Assembly: GCA_965216565.1 (NCBI GenBank)
Contig: OZ244170.1
Location: 3,936,001 to 4,000,000, forward strand
Length of the DNA: 64,000 nucleotides
Origin: Bythopirellula sp.
GTDB lineage: Bacteria > Planctomycetota > Planctomycetia > Pirellulales > Lacipirellulaceae
Direction of reading: 5' to 3'
The notes beneath the pieces are model-generated. The model was not told the origin of the DNA and made no database searches. It saw nothing but the letters and a program-made list of their open reading frames with translations. Each line of letters starts with the position of its first letter. The stretch's first letter is position 1. This document shows positions 59,635 through 64,000 of this stretch, piece after piece. The position numbers and the translations under genes were made by a program.

Positions 59635-61463
59635 TGTATCGCAACCGGTCAAAGATAAAGTCTGGCCAGCGAGTTTACCGTCTTGCAAGCCTAAGTTCTC
59701 TGCGGTCAACTCGCATAGGCTCGCTGTATCTTTCTGTGTTGGTTACCTGTACCGTCGTAAGCGTCTTGGCATTGGCAGGGATGCGTGCGGCGCGTGTGCA
59801 CTTGAAATCCACCACTACCGGAGTTTATGCAAGCCAGGCACGCTTGCTTGCCAAATCGGCCATCGAATTGGGGATCGCACAACTGAGAGCGAATTCCGAT
59901 TGGCGGACGTTCTATGCTGTCGATACGCCCTACCCTTCGCCGGCGGTCGCCAGTGCGGGAGGAACCTTCTTTTGGCGACTCAAAACCAATGGAGGTTCAA
60001 ACCGATCTCTGCAAGGAATCGGCACGGTGGGCGATGCTGTTTGCACTTTGGAAGTCAAACTGTGGCAGCAACCAGACCTCGATTGTACCCTACTCGCTGG
60101 CGGCGATATCACCGTGAACACCGGTTGTTCGCTCACTTGCGAAGACGGACCGATCTGTGCCAACGGTGACTATAACAATTTAGGTTCCACTACGGCGGAT
60201 GTTGAGGCTCAGTCGATTACTGGCAATACCGTTGTAGGTACCGAAACTGTTCCAGGCAATCAACGTATCTTGCCGAGCCCAGATCCAATCTTCGAATATT
60301 ACGAGAGTCAAGGCACTCCGCTCACTCCAGCAAACATGATGGGCACGCTGATAGTTGCCCAAACGGTACTCAGTCCAAATTCCAGCTGGGGCGCCACAAA
60401 TCCGAATGGGATTTACGTAATCGATGCCGGAAATAGCAACGTCTCAATTTCTGACAGTCGGATTGTCGGCACGATTGTCGTAACAAACTTGGATCCCGGA
60501 AAAAAAGTGATTGTCGCTCAACACGTGAACTGGGAGCCAGCCCACCCAAACTATCCATCGCTATTAGTGGAAGGCGACCTTGCCATCGAGCTCAGAGATG
60601 GAGAACTAACCGAATACGTGATCTTTCCGCCTTCGTTTAACCCGTTGGGCACGCCTTATCAGGGAGACGAAGACAGCGATTGGAATGACAGCTTTGCCTC
60701 ATCACTGGCAGGCGTCGTTTATTGTACTGGTAACTTAGAAATCGACGGCAGTACCTCTGCAGATAGATCCCCTGATCTACGGGGTGTATTTATCGCCGAT
60801 GGTAATTGCATAATTCGAGACCGCATGTTCCCAACAATAAAACACGATCCAATTCCAGCGATGGACCCACCTCCCGGGTTTGGTGCCTTTGAAACCATGG
60901 AATCTGAGTCGGCCGTATCGATGTTGAGAAGCTATTCAGGCAGCGGTTTAACCGATGAACTACTAGACGACAAGCAATGGGCTCAATACTTTAAACCCAA
61001 TCTGCCAGCCGAGGCAACCGGCTGGCGAATCACCCGAGCCGAATTCTATTGCGTCAAGGAATCTAACAATAGAAATTTTGAGGTAACTCTCTATACTCCA
61101 GACGGGGGTAATATGCCCTCGAGCACGGTGATCGATTCAGTCTCGGCCAACAGCAACGATTTAAGTTCCTCGCTGAGCTGGCAAGGATTCGACTTCAGCG
61201 GGACAGCCACAATTCCGGTCGGCGATGGCGTATGCCTGGCACTGACAACTGCCGTAAGTCAAGCTCCACTGAAGCTTGAGTATTTAAGCGGCGGAGTGTC
61301 TCAACCCGACTCGGCACTAATCACGGGGGATCCCTCTTGGAACAGCTTTGAAACCGACCAAGCACTCCTTTGCCGAGTTTACGGAGTGTATTACACAGAA
61401 TCTGGAGCGTCCAAACCGGTCGTCATCGAACCGGGTAGCTGGCGTCAAATAGATAGTGACTAG
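59631..61463 (+). CDS. Large minor pilin, PilX/GspK-like, with appended domains
   Basis: RIG|SLYLSVL (no E5, as in PilX/GspK), QARLLAKSAIELG, C-terminal PGSWRQ. Confidence 0.8.
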   Translation: MMYRNRSKIKSGQRVYRLASLSSLRSTRIGSLYLSVLVTCTVVSVLALAGMRAARVHLKSTTTGVYASQARLLAKSAIELGIAQLRANSDWRTFYAVDTPYPSPAVASAGGTFFWRLKTNGGSNRSLQGIGTVGDAVCTLEVKLWQQPDLDCTLLAGGDITVNTGCSLTCEDGPICANGDYNNLGSTTADVEAQSITGNTVVGTETVPGNQRILPSPDPIFEYYESQGTPLTPANMMGTLIVAQTVLSPNSSWGATNPNGIYVIDAGNSNVSISDSRIVGTIVVTNLDPGKKVIVAQHVNWEPAHPNYPSLLVEGDLAIELRDGELTEYVIFPPSFNPLGTPYQGDEDSDWNDSFASSLAGVVYCTGNLEIDGSTSADRSPDLRGVFIADGNCIIRDRMFPTIKHDPIPAMDPPPGFGAFETMESESAVSMLRSYSGSGLTDELLDDKQWAQYFKPNLPAEATGWRITRAEFYCVKESNNRNFEVTLYTPDGGNMPSSTVIDSVSANSNDLSSSLSWQGFDFSGTATIPVGDGVCLALTTAVSQAPLKLEYLSGGVSQPDSALITGDPSWNSFETDQALLCRVYGVYYTESGASKPVVIEPGSWRQIDSD

Positions 61464-61535
61464 AACTGCCGGCTCCGTCATGTCAGTTAGAGAACAGTTC
61501 CCGGGGGTGAGGCCGATCTTTTCACACAGCGCAGC

Positions 61536-61585
61536 AAAAAAGCCAGTCGCCTGACGTGCTTCCTTGCACCTGGGACGACTGGCTT
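61536..61585 (-). terminator. Intrinsic terminator of the Cys-rich gene, between convergent genes
   Basis: Minus strand AAGCCAGTCG...CGACTGGCTT followed by a T run; the loop holds a GTGC-AAGGAA-GCAC mini-hairpin. Confidence 0.7.
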
Positions 61586-61608
61586 ATGGCGCGAATCCTT
61601 TCACGCTT

Positions 61609-61637
61609 GACTAGTTGCTAGGGGCTAGGAGCTAGAG
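61609..61637. repeat. Heptamer tandem repeat
   Basis: CTAGTTG-CTAGGGG-CTAGGAG-CTAGAG. Confidence 0.5.
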
Positions 61638-61674
61638 ACTCGGGTCTCGGAACTCTATGCTCCCTGCTCTTTGC

Positions 61675-62373
61675 TTAATAAGGTCCCAACGGTTGGGGGT
61701 TGCACATCAAGAAGTCGCGCGGTCCCCGAGTGGTATAGTACGGATAAGCCGTTTGCCCGGACTGAGGACCTGGTGCGAAGTTGTAGTTGGCGGGGTACCC
61801 ACCCGAGTGCGGGCAACAACCTCCGCTGGCGAGACGGCCGGCAATACGTTGGCAAGGACCACAACCGTCGTTGCAACCCCCACACTCATCGCTACAGCCG
61901 CCACCCATCCGGCAACGCATTCGATCCATCGCGTTGCAAATACAGCAGCCGGAGCCACCATCGGAGCAGTCACCGCAGCAAGTGTCGCCACAACAACAGT
62001 CCCCACAGCACTCGTCGGCACAGCCGCAGCTGCAATCGCAGCAGCAATCCTGAGGACATCCACAGGAGCATTCGCCACAGCAACCTCCGTCACAGCAAGA
62101 GCCTTCGCTGCAACAGTCGCAGCCACATTGGCACTGGCAAGTTTGACAGCCAGACTGGGGCTGCAGGCCATACAGCAGTCCGCCCGTCATGTTCATGTCA
62201 TACCCACTCGGGCCTTCATGGTAAGCGGTCCGCATCACATTGGGACGCGACGCATTTTGGCTACGCGCAATATGGCTAGCCGGTCCGTTGTCCTTTTTCA
62301 CGAATTGGCTGCTACCAACGCAGCCAGAGGCAGCCATCGAAACGACGGCAGCCAGCACTAGAAGCTGTTTCAT
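61675..62373 (-). CDS. Cys/Gly-rich lipoprotein
   Basis: Lipobox AASGC; about 40 Cys in CxC/CC/CCC clusters; ordered C-terminus AYPYYTTRGPRDFLMCNP; AGGGGG RBS. Confidence 0.75.
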   Translation of the reverse strand: MKQLLVLAAVVSMAASGCVGSSQFVKKDNGPASHIARSQNASRPNVMRTAYHEGPSGYDMNMTGGLLYGLQPQSGCQTCQCQCGCDCCSEGSCCDGGCCGECSCGCPQDCCCDCSCGCADECCGDCCCGDTCCGDCSDGGSGCCICNAMDRMRCRMGGGCSDECGGCNDGCGPCQRIAGRLASGGCCPHSGGYPANYNFAPGPQSGQTAYPYYTTRGPRDFLMCNPQPLGPY

Positions 62374-62803
62374 CAGATTTCCCCCTGAGTCGAATAGAGA
62401 GGAGACGCGTGAGATATGCGGGTCGGCGCGCTGCGGGCGTGCCGGTACGAGTCATCCTGTAGAACTGGTATCGGCGGTAGAATCGTCAGAATCCAACAAA
62501 TCGGAAACGACTCTCTCTTGCTAGCACTACTGTGCGTTGAGGCGATACCCTCCTAAGAACTAATCGACTTGCAACTTAGCCGGACCGCCACTGTCTACCC
62601 GCCGTGGTGGGCGGTCCAAGGCCCTCCGGAGGCAGGTGTGCCTCCGGCTAGGAGGGGCGAGCTTTGACATCGCCCTCCACGCACCGCTATTGGATTTTAG
62701 CGGCGGTTTTGCTACAAATCTGCACCCGCATAGGGTGCGCGATCTTGCAGCCTACGCTAGCGTCGCCCCCCTCTCCCGCATGCCCAGAGATCAAGGACGA
62801 TCC

Positions 62804-64000
62804 ATGAGCAACTTTGCTCGCGCGCTCCGGCTCGCACTTCGACAACGGTTCACCATTTGCGCTGCGCTTTTTTGCTCGCTCGTGGTTGCTTTGCTCTGGG
62901 CCGGGAATATTACAGCGGTCTTGCCTGTTGTGGATGGTGTCATGCACGGCAAGTCGATTCCTGACATGATCGACGAGGAACTAGCGGCGTCGCAAGACAA
63001 GATTGATGGTCTCCAGCAGAAGTTAGCGGAACTGGATGCCGTCGATACCAAGAAGTCATCGTCCCAGATGAGACAACTGCGGCTCGAACTCACTGCTCAA
63101 ACAGCCTGGCGGGAGACCCTCAACACAGCGGATGAGACAGCCAATCGCTGGTTACCCACCACGGCCTTTGGCACCTTGGTGGCTATCTGCCTCGCCCTCT
63201 TTGCCGGCACGGTCTTGAAGAACATCTTCCGCGTTGCCGGTCTGTATCTCACCTCTCGCTTGGGTAAGGTCGTCGACTTTGAACTGCGGAAAGAATTCTA
63301 CCGCCGTAGTTTGCGGCTCGACTTGGTGACTTTTCGAGCGACTAGCACCGGGGATCTAATCAATCGATTCACTACCGAGGTAAATTGGATCGCTCATGGA
63401 GTGATGACCGTCTTTGGCACTGCGGTACGTGAGCCGTTGAAAATGATGGCCTGCTTGATTGGCGCTGCCTGCATAAGTTGGCAACTGTTGCTACTGACGC
63501 TCATCTCCGCACCAGTTGCTGGTTATGCGATTCACTGGTTGGCCAAAGCCTTAAAGCGAGCAAATCGTCGTGCCTCCGAAGAATTTTCCACCGTTTTCGA
63601 TCATTTGGAGGAAAGCTTCGAGTCGATCAAGCTCATCAAGGCCTTCACGATGGAATCGCACGAACGGGGTCGGTTCCATCAGATTTCTAAGCAATACTAC
63701 AAGCGATCGATGCGAATCGCCTTTTACGATTCTCTAGCTAGTCCTGTCGTGGAGGTGATGGGCATTGGCATCATCTTGGCGGTCGTGATGGCCGGTGGCT
63801 ATTTGGTACTTAATGGTGAAACGCACATTCTGGGGATTCGCGTCAGCGACGAGCCACTGACCAACGGCATGCTGACCTTGTTCTATGCCATGCTCGCTGG
63901 GGCAAGCGATCCAGTTCGACGTCTGGCTGGCGTATTCAACCACTTACAACGGGCTGCTGCCGCGAGTGATCGGGTATTTGAGTTGTTCGACCGGACTACA
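62804..64000 (+). CDS. MsbA-like ABC exporter, N-terminal transmembrane domain (runs off the window; not in ORF track)
   Basis: ATG 62804 after AAGGA: MSNFARALRLALRQRFTICAALFCSLVVALLWAGNITAVLP...ELRKEFYRR..TGDLINRFT..LIKAFTME..LQRAAAASDRVFELFD. Confidence 0.85.
   Translation, partial: MSNFARALRLALRQRFTICAALFCSLVVALLWAGNITAVLPVVDGVMHGKSIPDMIDEELAASQDKIDGLQQKLAELDAVDTKKSSSQMRQLRLELTAQTAWRETLNTADETANRWLPTTAFGTLVAICLALFAGTVLKNIFRVAGLYLTSRLGKVVDFELRKEFYRRSLRLDLVTFRATSTGDLINRFTTEVNWIAHGVMTVFGTAVREPLKMMACLIGAACISWQLLLLTLISAPVAGYAIHWLAKALKRANRRASEEFSTVFDHLEESFESIKLIKAFTMESHERGRFHQISKQYYKRSMRIAFYDSLASPVVEVMGIGIILAVVMAGGYLVLNGETHILGIRVSDEPLTNGMLTLFYAMLAGASDPVRRLAGVFNHLQRAAAASDRVFELFDRTT

Noticed and set aside
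61657..62361. Ala/Thr-rich 234-aa and Ser/Arg-rich 202-aa plus-strand ORFs
   Set aside because: Antisense by-products of repeated TGC/TGT codons; the minus ORF has a lipobox, RBS and terminator.
1..64000. CRISPR arrays, rRNA/tRNA genes, transposases, integrases, prophage or defence genes
   Set aside because: No repeat-spacer periodicity or diagnostic motifs seen by eye; a tRNAscan/Infernal run would be needed to exclude small RNAs fully.

Overview
A 64-kb chromosomal window that looks planctomycetal (Pirellulales/Lacipirellulaceae-like), inferred from PEP-CTERM proteins with dockerin-like D-x-D-x-x-G repeats, 'RF(S/R)L' leader membrane proteins and a Cys-rich lipoprotein. I found no rRNA, tRNA, CRISPR array or mobile element. 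Left to right: the 5' end of gluQRS; a frameshifted PEP-CTERM relic; a PEP-CTERM zinc protease; a sigma54 enhancer-binding protein divergent from two membrane-protein genes, with a clean -24/-12 promoter and 11-bp phased repeats between them; a RimB-like protease / RimK-RCK_C fusion / M14-like deacylase operon; HAD, actP and DUF485; lysR-gltB-gltD; cyclophilin, rsmD, lnt and an ABC-F; a 1418-aa secreted beta-helix/LamG protein; an esterase; two more PEP-CTERM proteases; a fabZ-like/long ACP/fabZ-like/fabF cluster preceded by a membrane pseudokinase; a ~17-kb type IV filament locus; a Cys-rich lipoprotein; and a partial MsbA-like ABC exporter. The most interesting candidate system is the type IV filament locus (44406-61463). 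Signalling genes (receiver, PAS histidine kinase, STAS protein, HD-GYP phosphodiesterase) sit inside its structural operons, its ATPase carries an MshEN-like domain, and the operon ends in a 57-aa Arg-rich (ERRSGEDRR) ORF absent from the supplied track, which is a candidate c-di-GMP binder. All calls come from reading motifs by eye; no searches were run, and several start codons were moved downstream of the track's longest-ORF starts.
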